A DNA stretch of 64,000 nucleotides from Candidatus Hydrogenedentota bacterium (GTDB taxonomy: Bacteria > Hydrogenedentota > Hydrogenedentia > Hydrogenedentales > SLHB01). Of this stretch, positions 29,848-38,859 are shown piece by piece. The notes beneath the pieces are model-generated. The model was not told the DNA's origin. It made no database searches and saw only the letters and a program-made list of their open reading frames with translations. Both the position numbers and the translations under genes were made by a program. The stretch lies in the NCBI GenBank assembly GCA_045863295.1, contig BTWA01000020.1, positions 1 to 64,000 of the forward strand. The letters run 5' to 3'. How positions within the stretch are numbered: position 1 is the stretch's first letter; the number at the start of each line of letters is the position of its first letter.

Positions 29848-31047
29848 ATGAATCGTAAAGGCTATCGCGCGTCCACTCTACGCTCCATGGCAAGGACCGT
29901 GTTGGCGCGCTTGACCCACCGATCGACCCAGGCGGCATGGCTGGCCACGCTGGTATTCGTCTTCGGTTGCAACGGCTCCGGCGGTACAGACTCGACCGGT
30001 GTCGAGGAAGCTCCCGCTGCGGCCGCACGCTCCGAGCCCGAAGGCGTACTCACGCTGACTCAGCCTGTCGCGCCTGTACCACCCAGAGTGGAAGGTCGCG
30101 GCGAGAACCTCGTGACCAACGGCGGATTCGAAGCCGAAGGTGAGGGAGTGCCGGGGTGGGAACTCGCCGAGGATGTCGCCAAGTCAATCCAGGAAAGGAA
30201 CACGTGGTTTACCGAGGGCACCAAAAGCATGGCATTTCGCCTGTCTGCCCAGGGCGGAGTCTTGCTGAAACAAACGGTGCCGGTCAACGGCGGCAGCCGG
30301 CACCTGCTCCGGGCCAACGTGTTCACGTCGCAGGCCACCGGTTCCATCCGTCTCGCCGTCGAGGCTGACCGCCTGCCCGCGTTCACGACCGAGTCAGTGA
30401 GCGGAAGTCCGGATACGTGGCGCCTCTTGGAGACTGCAATCGATTTTCCGGCAACAGTCGAATCCGCGCAAGTCTCGGTCTTGTACGAACCGGCCCAAGA
30501 CCAGCCGGATCCGGGCTCCGTTTGGATCGACGACGTTCAACTATTTGCCGCGGCTTCGCGTGATGCCAAGAACTTCGTCACCAACGGTGACTTTGACAGC
30601 AGCGACGGCTTGCTCTTCCAATGGATTGGCGCGGACCAACTCGTTACCTCACTCAGCACCGAAGGAGTCAACAGCCGGGACCGGCACAGCCTCCTTCTGG
30701 AATGCGCACCCGACCGGAACATCGGGATTTATCAGGAAATCAAAGGGTTGACTCCCGGCGCCTCATATCGCCTTGCCGGTTACATCCGATGCAAGGACTT
30801 GGCGGGAGATGCCTGCTTGGAAGTCCAGCACGGTGTCAAAGGTTATCAAGCCTTCATGGATCGGTCGCCAGCCATAACCGGCACACAACCATGGACACCG
30901 CTGTCGCTGGACTTCACCTGCCCCGCGGACACGTCGCACGTAAACATATTTCTGCGGCGGCCCGGCGTCGCATCCGCCCCGGAAGCCAAGACCGGCATGC
31001 TGTGGTTTGATCGAATCAGCCTCGTTTCCGTGGCCAACACTCCATGA
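29848..31047 (+). CDS. Lipoprotein with two CBM4/9-like carbohydrate-binding domains
   Basis: Lipobox VFGC; NLVTNGGFE...VWIDDVQL and NFVTNGDFD...LWFDRISL. Start may be ATG 29887. Confidence 0.78.
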   Translation: MNRKGYRASTLRSMARTVLARLTHRSTQAAWLATLVFVFGCNGSGGTDSTGVEEAPAAAARSEPEGVLTLTQPVAPVPPRVEGRGENLVTNGGFEAEGEGVPGWELAEDVAKSIQERNTWFTEGTKSMAFRLSAQGGVLLKQTVPVNGGSRHLLRANVFTSQATGSIRLAVEADRLPAFTTESVSGSPDTWRLLETAIDFPATVESAQVSVLYEPAQDQPDPGSVWIDDVQLFAAASRDAKNFVTNGDFDSSDGLLFQWIGADQLVTSLSTEGVNSRDRHSLLLECAPDRNIGIYQEIKGLTPGASYRLAGYIRCKDLAGDACLEVQHGVKGYQAFMDRSPAITGTQPWTPLSLDFTCPADTSHVNIFLRRPGVASAPEAKTGMLWFDRISLVSVANTP

Positions 31048-31080
31048 TCGCGATACAAGGCGACAGATCTCGGGCCGCCC

Positions 31081-33948
31081 ATGAATAGCGCCTCCACCGC
31101 AACGCTGGGGCGTTGGATCCTCGGCGCCGGATTTGCTTTGGTGGTGCTGGCCTTGTCACCCCTGACGCAGCAGCCGGCTTTGGATATCAAATTCCTCCTC
31201 GGATCGTGTGTTGCCGCAATCGCCGTGCTGCTGTCGATTCCGGCCGGCCGGTGCGCGCGGCCGGCGGGTGGATTTATCGCTTATTTTGTGTTTGCTTTTC
31301 TCGCCTGGGCGGCGTTGTCGGTGTTGCAATCACCCAATCGCGGCATCGCGCTGAACCAACTTTCGCAATGGCTCTTGTGCGGCTGTCTCTTCTACGCGGC
31401 GCGACAATTAATTCGCACACGTGACCATTTCGAATCGTTGATCACCGCGGCCTGCGGCGCGATCTTCATTGCTTCCATCTATGGCTTCATGCAAAAGACG
31501 GGATACGACCCTTTCCCCTGGGGCGAAGCCGTTAAAGAAATGGAAGAATATCGAAACCTGCCCGCAACATATGGCAATCCCAATCTCGCCGGCCATGCGC
31601 TGGTGCTCGCAATCCCCTTGGCAGTGTACCTGTGCACGCGCCACTTCTGGATGGTGCTGCTTCTGCCCGTGTATGGGCTGCATCTGTACTGGACTCACCA
31701 GCGCGGAGGCGTGCTGGCCATGGCAGGCGCCGTAGCGTTGCTGGTTATTGCAGCGACAGCGCTCCGCCTCCGGCTCAAGCCGGGCACCTACGTGGCGACG
31801 ACGATCGGCTCGTTCGGTGTCTTGGTCGCGGCAACGGTTTTCATGGTTGCATGGTTCTCCATCGGCCGGTACGGCACACCGCTTCCGCCGGATTCCTCCA
31901 TGCTTCTGCGCTACAATGCCGTGCAGGGTGGCGCCGAAATGATCCTGCAAAAACCGTTGACCGGTTGGGGTCTCGGTTCGTACGCCATTCAGAATCCACC
32001 CTTTTGGACCCCCTTCGAAGAGATCTGGTTCGCCACCGAAGGTTTTTACAACGAGCACGTGCATTGCGAGCCCATGGAATTCGCAATCGAAATGGGATTC
32101 CCCGGCGTGCTGGCCTATCTGGGTGTGCTTCTTGCCGGCAGTTGCACCGCCCTGAGTCTCGCGCACACACCAGCAAACCGCACGCTAGGCCTGTCCATGG
32201 CTGCATTCTTCACGGTGTTCGGGTTGGACAGCGTCTTCGGCTTCAACGCGCACGCACCGGTTTCCGCCATGTTGTTCTTCATGGTGGCCGGAGCACTTGA
32301 CGGTATTGGCGTCGAACGCACGCCGTTTTCCGGCTCACGCGCATCTCTCGCCAGACTGCTTCCATATGGCGTCGCCTTTGTAGCCCTGCTCCTCGTCCTC
32401 TGGAACGTTCAGGTGTTTCGCTCCATGGCTGTGTTGAAAAGGGCTATCGACGGGTCAGCATCGGGACTCGCATTTCGATCGCCAGCGCTATTCGCAACGA
32501 GTGAACGCATCACACCATGGCACTGGCAGGCCCCTTTTGAGTACGGGCGAATGCTGGCCCGGCAGCACAAGTATGACGAGGCGGAGACTGCCTTGGGGCG
32601 CGCACTTGAGGACAACCCCAATTTCGTACTTGCGCACACTTCGCTCGGACGCGTCCAACTGGACAAAGCCCAAACTCTAGATCCCAACACACCTGAGTTC
32701 AGCGAAGCCCTCGCTGCCGCGCGGGAAAGCGCCGAGGCCGCAATCGCCATGTGCGCGCCACTCCCGGAAGCCCACGAACTGCTCGCCGATGTCGCCCTCG
32801 CGCCCCTCGAGAAAACACACGTGTGGCCTCCAGCAAAGTCCAACGACGCCAGCGTTCCCAAGGACGTTGTGACGGCCGCGGAAAAGCACGTTGCGCTCGC
32901 CATTGCCAATTATCCGGAGAGCCCGGAAGCCCAATACGCCAAACTGGTCGATCTGCGATTGGCCTTGGGCGACTCGTCAGGCTCCGAATCCGCGATCTTG
33001 CGATTCATTGACGCGTATCCATCCTCCTATGAGGTGTGGAAAAAGACGGCACGTTGTATCGAACGCATCGACTCCGCCACTCGTTTGCACCACGCGATAC
33101 TCCACCAGATCGATTATTTCCAAGGCATTCGCTCCAAAAACGACGACCCCGCACTTCGCACACTGTTATCGGGCATGTATTGGTGCAAGTCCGCCATCGA
33201 GGAATCGCAAAAAGGAGATTACGCCTCCGCGGAGGCCTCGTTGCGCCGATCCGTCGCCATCGCTCCATCGAATCCGGACGCATGGCGCGCGTACAGCCGG
33301 TTCGCTCTACGACACAACCAGCATGCCGCATTCAAACGTGCCATCCGGCTGGCCCGGGACTCCGCTGAAGCCGGCCTGCCCGTCGGCGTGGCCGCACTTT
33401 CGACTGCCTTTCAAGGTGGCACTGAAAACCTACTGAAAGCGGCCACGGAAGCCGCTCAGGCGGCGATGCAATTCGCCAATCGTGTCGGACTCGCGAATGC
33501 CGCTGAACCCGTGGAAGCGGAAGTCGCATGGGTCGCGGATTGGCTGCTGATGGAGTTGCGGCAACTGAGTACGGACGATTCGGCTGCCGCGGATCTCGGT
33601 GTAAATCTCGGCGTCATTCTTGCCATTGCAGGCCGAACAAACGAAGCCGTGACCCTGTTCGATTCGTGGAACCCTCGTCTGCCCGCGAACGATCAAAACA
33701 AGGCCACAACGTATTGGCACCACGCGCTCATGCGTGAAAACCGTTTTCAAGATGCGGCCATGCTTGCGAGGCAGGCTCTCGAAAAGGATCCACAAAATGT
33801 GACGTTGATGGTACTCGAAGCACGCTCCCTCACCTCGGCGGGTTCGCTTGCGGATGCCGCAAGCCTTTATGAGAAAATACTGGCAACGGAGGATTTGGAC
33901 CCGCAAATGCGGGGCCTTATCGAAGCCGAATGGCAATCAGCGCAATGA
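31081..33948 (+). CDS. O-antigen ligase (Wzy_C)-family membrane protein with long TPR tail
   Basis: ATYGNPNLAG, THQRGG, R...KPLTGWGLGSY, HVHCEPMEFAIEMG; ~500-aa helical TPR-like C-terminus. Confidence 0.85.
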   Translation: MNSASTATLGRWILGAGFALVVLALSPLTQQPALDIKFLLGSCVAAIAVLLSIPAGRCARPAGGFIAYFVFAFLAWAALSVLQSPNRGIALNQLSQWLLCGCLFYAARQLIRTRDHFESLITAACGAIFIASIYGFMQKTGYDPFPWGEAVKEMEEYRNLPATYGNPNLAGHALVLAIPLAVYLCTRHFWMVLLLPVYGLHLYWTHQRGGVLAMAGAVALLVIAATALRLRLKPGTYVATTIGSFGVLVAATVFMVAWFSIGRYGTPLPPDSSMLLRYNAVQGGAEMILQKPLTGWGLGSYAIQNPPFWTPFEEIWFATEGFYNEHVHCEPMEFAIEMGFPGVLAYLGVLLAGSCTALSLAHTPANRTLGLSMAAFFTVFGLDSVFGFNAHAPVSAMLFFMVAGALDGIGVERTPFSGSRASLARLLPYGVAFVALLLVLWNVQVFRSMAVLKRAIDGSASGLAFRSPALFATSERITPWHWQAPFEYGRMLARQHKYDEAETALGRALEDNPNFVLAHTSLGRVQLDKAQTLDPNTPEFSEALAAARESAEAAIAMCAPLPEAHELLADVALAPLEKTHVWPPAKSNDASVPKDVVTAAEKHVALAIANYPESPEAQYAKLVDLRLALGDSSGSESAILRFIDAYPSSYEVWKKTARCIERIDSATRLHHAILHQIDYFQGIRSKNDDPALRTLLSGMYWCKSAIEESQKGDYASAEASLRRSVAIAPSNPDAWRAYSRFALRHNQHAAFKRAIRLARDSAEAGLPVGVAALSTAFQGGTENLLKAATEAAQAAMQFANRVGLANAAEPVEAEVAWVADWLLMELRQLSTDDSAAADLGVNLGVILAIAGRTNEAVTLFDSWNPRLPANDQNKATTYWHHALMRENRFQDAAMLARQALEKDPQNVTLMVLEARSLTSAGSLADAASLYEKILATEDLDPQMRGLIEAEWQSAQ

Positions 33949-34760
33949 CAAACCGTGTAGGTAAACTCAACCACCTATCTGTACTGAAAATGCGGCTATT
34001 CGTATTCCTCGCCCTAGCCGCATGCTTCGCCGCCTTTCAATCTGCATTTAGCCATTGGGGGCGCACGTGGGCCATTGCGTTGTATAAACCGCTGCTGGAG
34101 GAATCCGTTAACGCGGCCATTGCAGACGACAACTATGGCCTTGCAGAGTCTGTCATGGTGCGCGCGTTAAAAACGTCGCCGGAATACGCCTCCAGCATTC
34201 TGGATTTCACAGGCAGCGCCCTGCGAGTCATGCCCTTGCTGGCACGAGAATTGGATCACGTATATGCCGACGGCCCACATGAAAACGGCGTAATGCGCGC
34301 ACGCGTACTGTTCGCGTCTGGCGCGCATGCCGACGCGATCGACGGATTCCCGGACTCGGATAAAACGGACGGCGGATGGATTATCACCCACATCAAGCGG
34401 ACCAACTTGATGAAACAGGATCGCTATCGGGATGCGGCCGCGTTGCCCCCTGATCCGGTAAACAACAAACTCGAAGCGCCCGCTGGACTCACATACTCTA
34501 TCGGTCAATGGACAACAGAGGTGAACGTCAATGCCGAAGGCTTCGCCGCTGTCGCGGCCGGCGATTTTGAAAGCGCCGCCCCTGCGCTCGAGCGCGCAAC
34601 CGCCGACCCGGAAACAGCCGTAAGCGCCTGGATCAATTTGGGCATTCTGGCAGAAGCGGCCGGCGACCCCGTGAATGCTTCGGCAAACTACGCGCAAGCC
34701 GTCAATCAAGGCGTGTCGCCCGCGCTCGCCGCCCGTCGGTTGCTCGCTCTCAATCCTTAG
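33945..34760 (+). CDS. Membrane-anchored TPR protein
   Basis: ATGA overlap with upstream gene; N-terminal TM; AWINLGILAEAAGDPVNASANYAQAV TPR. Confidence 0.7.
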   Translation: MTNRVGKLNHLSVLKMRLFVFLALAACFAAFQSAFSHWGRTWAIALYKPLLEESVNAAIADDNYGLAESVMVRALKTSPEYASSILDFTGSALRVMPLLARELDHVYADGPHENGVMRARVLFASGAHADAIDGFPDSDKTDGGWIITHIKRTNLMKQDRYRDAAALPPDPVNNKLEAPAGLTYSIGQWTTEVNVNAEGFAAVAAGDFESAAPALERATADPETAVSAWINLGILAEAAGDPVNASANYAQAVNQGVSPALAARRLLALNP

Positions 34761-34959
34761 CCCGCATTTTGCACCACGCTTAAATCATGCGTGGAAGATT
34801 TAAGTACAGTCTCCGTGGCGCAAAATGCTCACACAGAATTCCTTACGCTTGAAATGCTGAGGATATTTCACATGCACACTGTAAGTGCGCCAGTTTTGGT
34901 AACAGGCCGGTTGAATTGTTGGTACACAGTTTATTGGACAAATTCGTGAAATATCCGGG
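34761..34959. mobile_element. 199-bp MITE-like element, copy 1
   Basis: Imperfect terminal IRs CCCGCATTTTGCAC / GTGAAATATCCGGG, flanking TTAG direct repeats (34757-60, 34960-63); homologous copy at 50470-50668. Confidence 0.75.
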
Positions 34960-36225
34960 TTAGTTCGTGTCGCTCCGCGTCCGCGCGTTGATCGTCCCCA
35001 TCACAAAACCCAATAGGATCGCCAGCCCGGAAATCTGAATAAAGGGCATAATCTGGCTAAACGCCAAATAGACCAGGGTGACCGCCCCCGTCGAGAACAC
35101 CCGGCTCTTGTACTCCTCATCACGCGCCGATCGATACGCGGACACCCACTGCACGCCAATCGCACTCCACAACCAACCAAAACAAGCGAGACCAAACCAA
35201 CCAAGCTCAATCCAAAAACTGATGGGCACGCTGTGCACGGTCGAGCCAATGGGCTTACCAAGCGGATCCGTCAGGTCCTTCCCTATCGCATGTGCCGTGT
35301 CCAGCCCGTGCCCGAACCAGCCCCCACGGACAGCCTCCTCGCCCGCGCGGGCGTAATGCATTACACGGGAAGCGGTGGATCGATCGCCAGCCTGGGCCCC
35401 CTCATATACCCTGCGCTGCACGGACTCAATAAAATCCGGCTTCATGGCCCACAACCCTAAGGCCCCTGCGGCGCCTATTGCTCCAATTAACAACGCGAAC
35501 GTCATCCGGTGGCGAGTCAGCATCAGCCGCCACAACACAATCACGGCACTTATCGCCCATCCTGTGCGCGACATGGTTAGCGCCAAACCGGCCGCAATGG
35601 CTATCCCCCCAAGAATCGCGGCCGCTTGGCGGATACGCGTGGACCATACAGCGGGTTCAAACAACAGACAGGCAAGACCAAACACCAGGAACAACGCTTG
35701 CTGATTGGCATCAGGATGACCAACGCATATTCGCCGGATGCCCAAGGTCAACGTCGCCATATCGACGGTGGGCCGGACACCCAGTTCGGCGCTGGCCAGC
35801 ACCGCCAACACCCCGCTGAATGCCGCGCCACCAGCGAAAACAGGCGCAAACGCGCGAAGCGCCGGCGGTTCGGAAATCGCCGTTGAGACCGCATAAAACA
35901 AAACCGCATACTGAACAAAAAGCGTCATGCCCCGGATCGACGCATCGCGATCGACGGAACCGGGAATGGACAGCGCGCAAGCCAACGCGAACAGCGCTAA
36001 CGCACCGTCTATGCCGGTCGCTGCAAACGGCGCGCGTTTGCACAAGACGCGCCTCGCCATCACCACCGCAATCAACAGCAGGCCGCCCGCTTTCACAACC
36101 GTGACCGAAGTGCCTGGAACAACAATTGCCGCCTGCGCCGGCAACGAAAACGCCACCAGACACAACAGAAAATACTCGGCCTGCGACAGAAGGACGCGCA
36201 CTGTGCGCAGCACGTTATTCTCCAT
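34960..36225 (-). CDS. O-antigen ligase/polymerase (Wzy_C)-family membrane protein
   Basis: About 11 TM segments; HPDANQQA, TMSRTGW, SRVMHY, FGHG, VHSVPISFWIELG. Confidence 0.82.
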   Translation of the reverse strand: MENNVLRTVRVLLSQAEYFLLCLVAFSLPAQAAIVVPGTSVTVVKAGGLLLIAVVMARRVLCKRAPFAATGIDGALALFALACALSIPGSVDRDASIRGMTLFVQYAVLFYAVSTAISEPPALRAFAPVFAGGAAFSGVLAVLASAELGVRPTVDMATLTLGIRRICVGHPDANQQALFLVFGLACLLFEPAVWSTRIRQAAAILGGIAIAAGLALTMSRTGWAISAVIVLWRLMLTRHRMTFALLIGAIGAAGALGLWAMKPDFIESVQRRVYEGAQAGDRSTASRVMHYARAGEEAVRGGWFGHGLDTAHAIGKDLTDPLGKPIGSTVHSVPISFWIELGWFGLACFGWLWSAIGVQWVSAYRSARDEEYKSRVFSTGAVTLVYLAFSQIMPFIQISGLAILLGFVMGTINARTRSDTN

Positions 36226-36234
36226 GGCTGCCTG

Positions 36235-37380
36235 TCATGGCCCGCGCTCGCCGCAATCGTACGCAATGGCCGGCATATCCGATGCAACTCCGGAAGCTTC
36301 GCACACGGTGACAACCCCGTCCATCCGTAACACGGCAAACACATAGGCATTGGGCATTACGGTCTCCGGAGGAATGCGCGAAACGCCCACAATCGATTCA
36401 AGCGCGGCGCGCGCCTCACGGGACATTTCGCCGACCGCGCGCCCAGAAGCCATGCCAAACACAAAAGGATACGGCTGCGTGGCACGCCACCAGGCTTCCA
36501 GCGTTTCCCTTTCGTTGCTCAGCGCCTTCAACGAAATCGTCTCCCGGCATACAATGGCCGGCGAATTCGGATCAACAGCGGCCAGCAACCAGCCATCCGC
36601 CTGTTCCGAAGCGCGCATCGGCCCGAACTGAACGCGATACCGGTTACCCTCGGCGTCGCCGGTCGCGATCAATTTCCAGGACATGCCCAACCCGGGCCGC
36701 CCCGCGGATAGGCCGCATGCCGTCGGGCCAATCAGGCCCACCGCGCGCGCAAGTTGGCCGTCGGAAAGTCCGGCCTCCGCAATTCGGACCGCAGGAATCC
36801 GAAACACATCGGAAAAAAGCTCCGATCCGTCCAGGCAACGAATAGCCGCGCCGTCACCCGGCATCACACGCAACAACGAATAGAATTGGGGCCAATCGTC
36901 CAGGCTCGCTGCAACGCGCGCCGATCGCAACAAGCCCAGTGGAGTGGCCAACGTAGTGGGATTACGTTGAGCAATCTCACCCAAAAGAGTAGTCAATTCG
37001 TCCCGCGTCGGCGGTGGAAGAACGGCAGGGCCGCGCGTCCGTGTTCCCGATGCGGCCCAGATCAAATGCTCAAGTGCGACATCGGGCAGATCCACCTCCA
37101 GGCGGCAACGGCTGATCTGAAAATGCGTCCGCGCATCAAACGGATGGCTGTACAACATTTGCCCGGCCGCCTGGGCCGCCTCCGGCCACTGCCCGGCCTC
37201 CATAAGGGTGTTCACGCGCTCAGCCTGCGCCGCTGTTCCTCGTTGCCCGCCATAGCGAGAAGAGGCCTGATAAAGCACCGTCAGAACAATTGCGGTACAG
37301 ACTGCAAGCCACGCTATCGCCTTCTCTCGAAAACTTGATGGGCGCGTTACCTCGATCCGTTCCGGCGCATGCTCGGTCAT
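36235..37380 (-). CDS. Membrane-anchored TPR protein with possible degenerate ILEI/GG-type C-domain
   Basis: ATGA overlap with upstream gene; one TM, TPR (AGQWPEAAQA...HPFDARTHF); C-terminus GWLLAAVDP...EARAALESIVG...AYVFAV. Confidence 0.65.
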   Translation of the reverse strand: MTEHAPERIEVTRPSSFREKAIAWLAVCTAIVLTVLYQASSRYGGQRGTAAQAERVNTLMEAGQWPEAAQAAGQMLYSHPFDARTHFQISRCRLEVDLPDVALEHLIWAASGTRTRGPAVLPPPTRDELTTLLGEIAQRNPTTLATPLGLLRSARVAASLDDWPQFYSLLRVMPGDGAAIRCLDGSELFSDVFRIPAVRIAEAGLSDGQLARAVGLIGPTACGLSAGRPGLGMSWKLIATGDAEGNRYRVQFGPMRASEQADGWLLAAVDPNSPAIVCRETISLKALSNERETLEAWWRATQPYPFVFGMASGRAVGEMSREARAALESIVGVSRIPPETVMPNAYVFAVLRMDGVVTVCEASGVASDMPAIAYDCGERGP

Positions 37381-38627
37381 GAAACCGATTCCATACGCAA
37401 GGCATCGAACCAAATCTCCCCCAGGGTCTCGGGTTCGCTTCCTTCGGCAGGGCGACGCAACATGACAAGCAGACTCGCGGTATCACGGGGAACCTCGAAT
37501 TGCAGCGTCAGCGGTGTCCAGTCGCGCGTCCCCGTCAACAACGCACTTCGTGTCAAGAAACCCGCGCGGTTGTCCGCGTCACACACTTCAATGCACGCCC
37601 CCATCCCACCGGCATCGCGTGTGCGCACCCAACCGGTAATCACATAACGGCCCCCCGCCATCACCGGCACTTCCTGCCATAGCCCCAGGTTCTCGCGGGC
37701 CGGAAGCGACACGCGCAACGCTTGCCGCCCTTCCAACTTCACATCCCGATCCACCGCAACCGATGCGCGATCGCTTACCTCTCCCAGCCAATACCGGCGA
37801 CCCAATTCGCCCGCCTCAAAGCTACCGTTGGACAGCGTGCTGTGCCGCTCCGGGAAAACATACACGCCATCAATCCATACAGTTCCATGGGACCCGTCTG
37901 CAATCAGGGCAAATCGGATCGGCGCTGTCTCCGCTACAAATGGCAAAACATACTGCTTCCAGTCGGCAACGCCCGTCACAAGCTCCGTCGTATGGGTGCT
38001 CCCCACGCCCGCCCGGACTCCCGCACCGGTTACCGACTCCGCGCGGATCCAGCAACTCAATTGATAGGCATACCCGGGTATGACGGCAATCGGTTGCGCA
38101 ATCAATTCCTCGGCGCTTGAATCAAATTCGATCCGCACCGACGTCCTGCCGTCGACCGGCTCCGAACCAACCACGGCCGCGCGCACGGCTGGCGCGCCGC
38201 CCACATACCAAGGCGTGTCCGGATCCATCAACGTTTCCAAACCCGGATCGGTGACAATGGCATTGTCGCGATCTACGACCGTGCCGGCCTTGTGCCCTCG
38301 CTCCGCAAGAATCCACTGAAGGCGCTGCAGACAATTCTGGCGCGCCTTTTCCGATTCGATGCCCAAACGCAACGCCGTCCGGTACGACTCCACAGCCTCG
38401 TTCAGCCGCCCTTCCGCCTGAAAGAGTATTCCCTGCCGCAGCACCGTAGACGCGTCCGAAGCCTCCGATCGGGCAATCCAATCCAGCCCAAAACGGCTGA
38501 AGACCAGCACGAATCCGATCAGCAGAAGCAACAAGAGAATGGAAAATGCGATGGAAACCGCAGGCAGCCCACGGAAAGCCAACGGAGCATTCGACTCGAC
38601 CGGTTCTGATGGGACAGGGTTGCTCAA
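37377..38627 (-). CDS. Membrane-anchored TPR + two CBM4/9-like domains
   Basis: TM, TPR (GRLNEAVESYRTAL), IVTDPGLE...VWIDGVYV and LSNGSFE...IWFDALRM. Confidence 0.78.
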   Translation of the reverse strand: MSNPVPSEPVESNAPLAFRGLPAVSIAFSILLLLLLIGFVLVFSRFGLDWIARSEASDASTVLRQGILFQAEGRLNEAVESYRTALRLGIESEKARQNCLQRLQWILAERGHKAGTVVDRDNAIVTDPGLETLMDPDTPWYVGGAPAVRAAVVGSEPVDGRTSVRIEFDSSAEELIAQPIAVIPGYAYQLSCWIRAESVTGAGVRAGVGSTHTTELVTGVADWKQYVLPFVAETAPIRFALIADGSHGTVWIDGVYVFPERHSTLSNGSFEAGELGRRYWLGEVSDRASVAVDRDVKLEGRQALRVSLPARENLGLWQEVPVMAGGRYVITGWVRTRDAGGMGACIEVCDADNRAGFLTRSALLTGTRDWTPLTLQFEVPRDTASLLVMLRRPAEGSEPETLGEIWFDALRMESVS

Positions 38628-38859
38628 AGTGACTTCACCCGTATATGCAATGCACCAAGAATACGAATGCCCCTGATGGTAAATGTTCCACCGATGACAA
38701 ACAAACCCCGGCCGCGCGGCTTCCTTTCACGTGCGGCAACTCCGCCGCACATTGTGCGCGGCCGCCCGTATTGATTACTCTTCCTATCTGCGAGGTTCCG
38801 GCGCGGTTTACCCGCCGGTAGAAGGCCGCGCGAAGTCCCGTGGCTATGGAATACAACGC

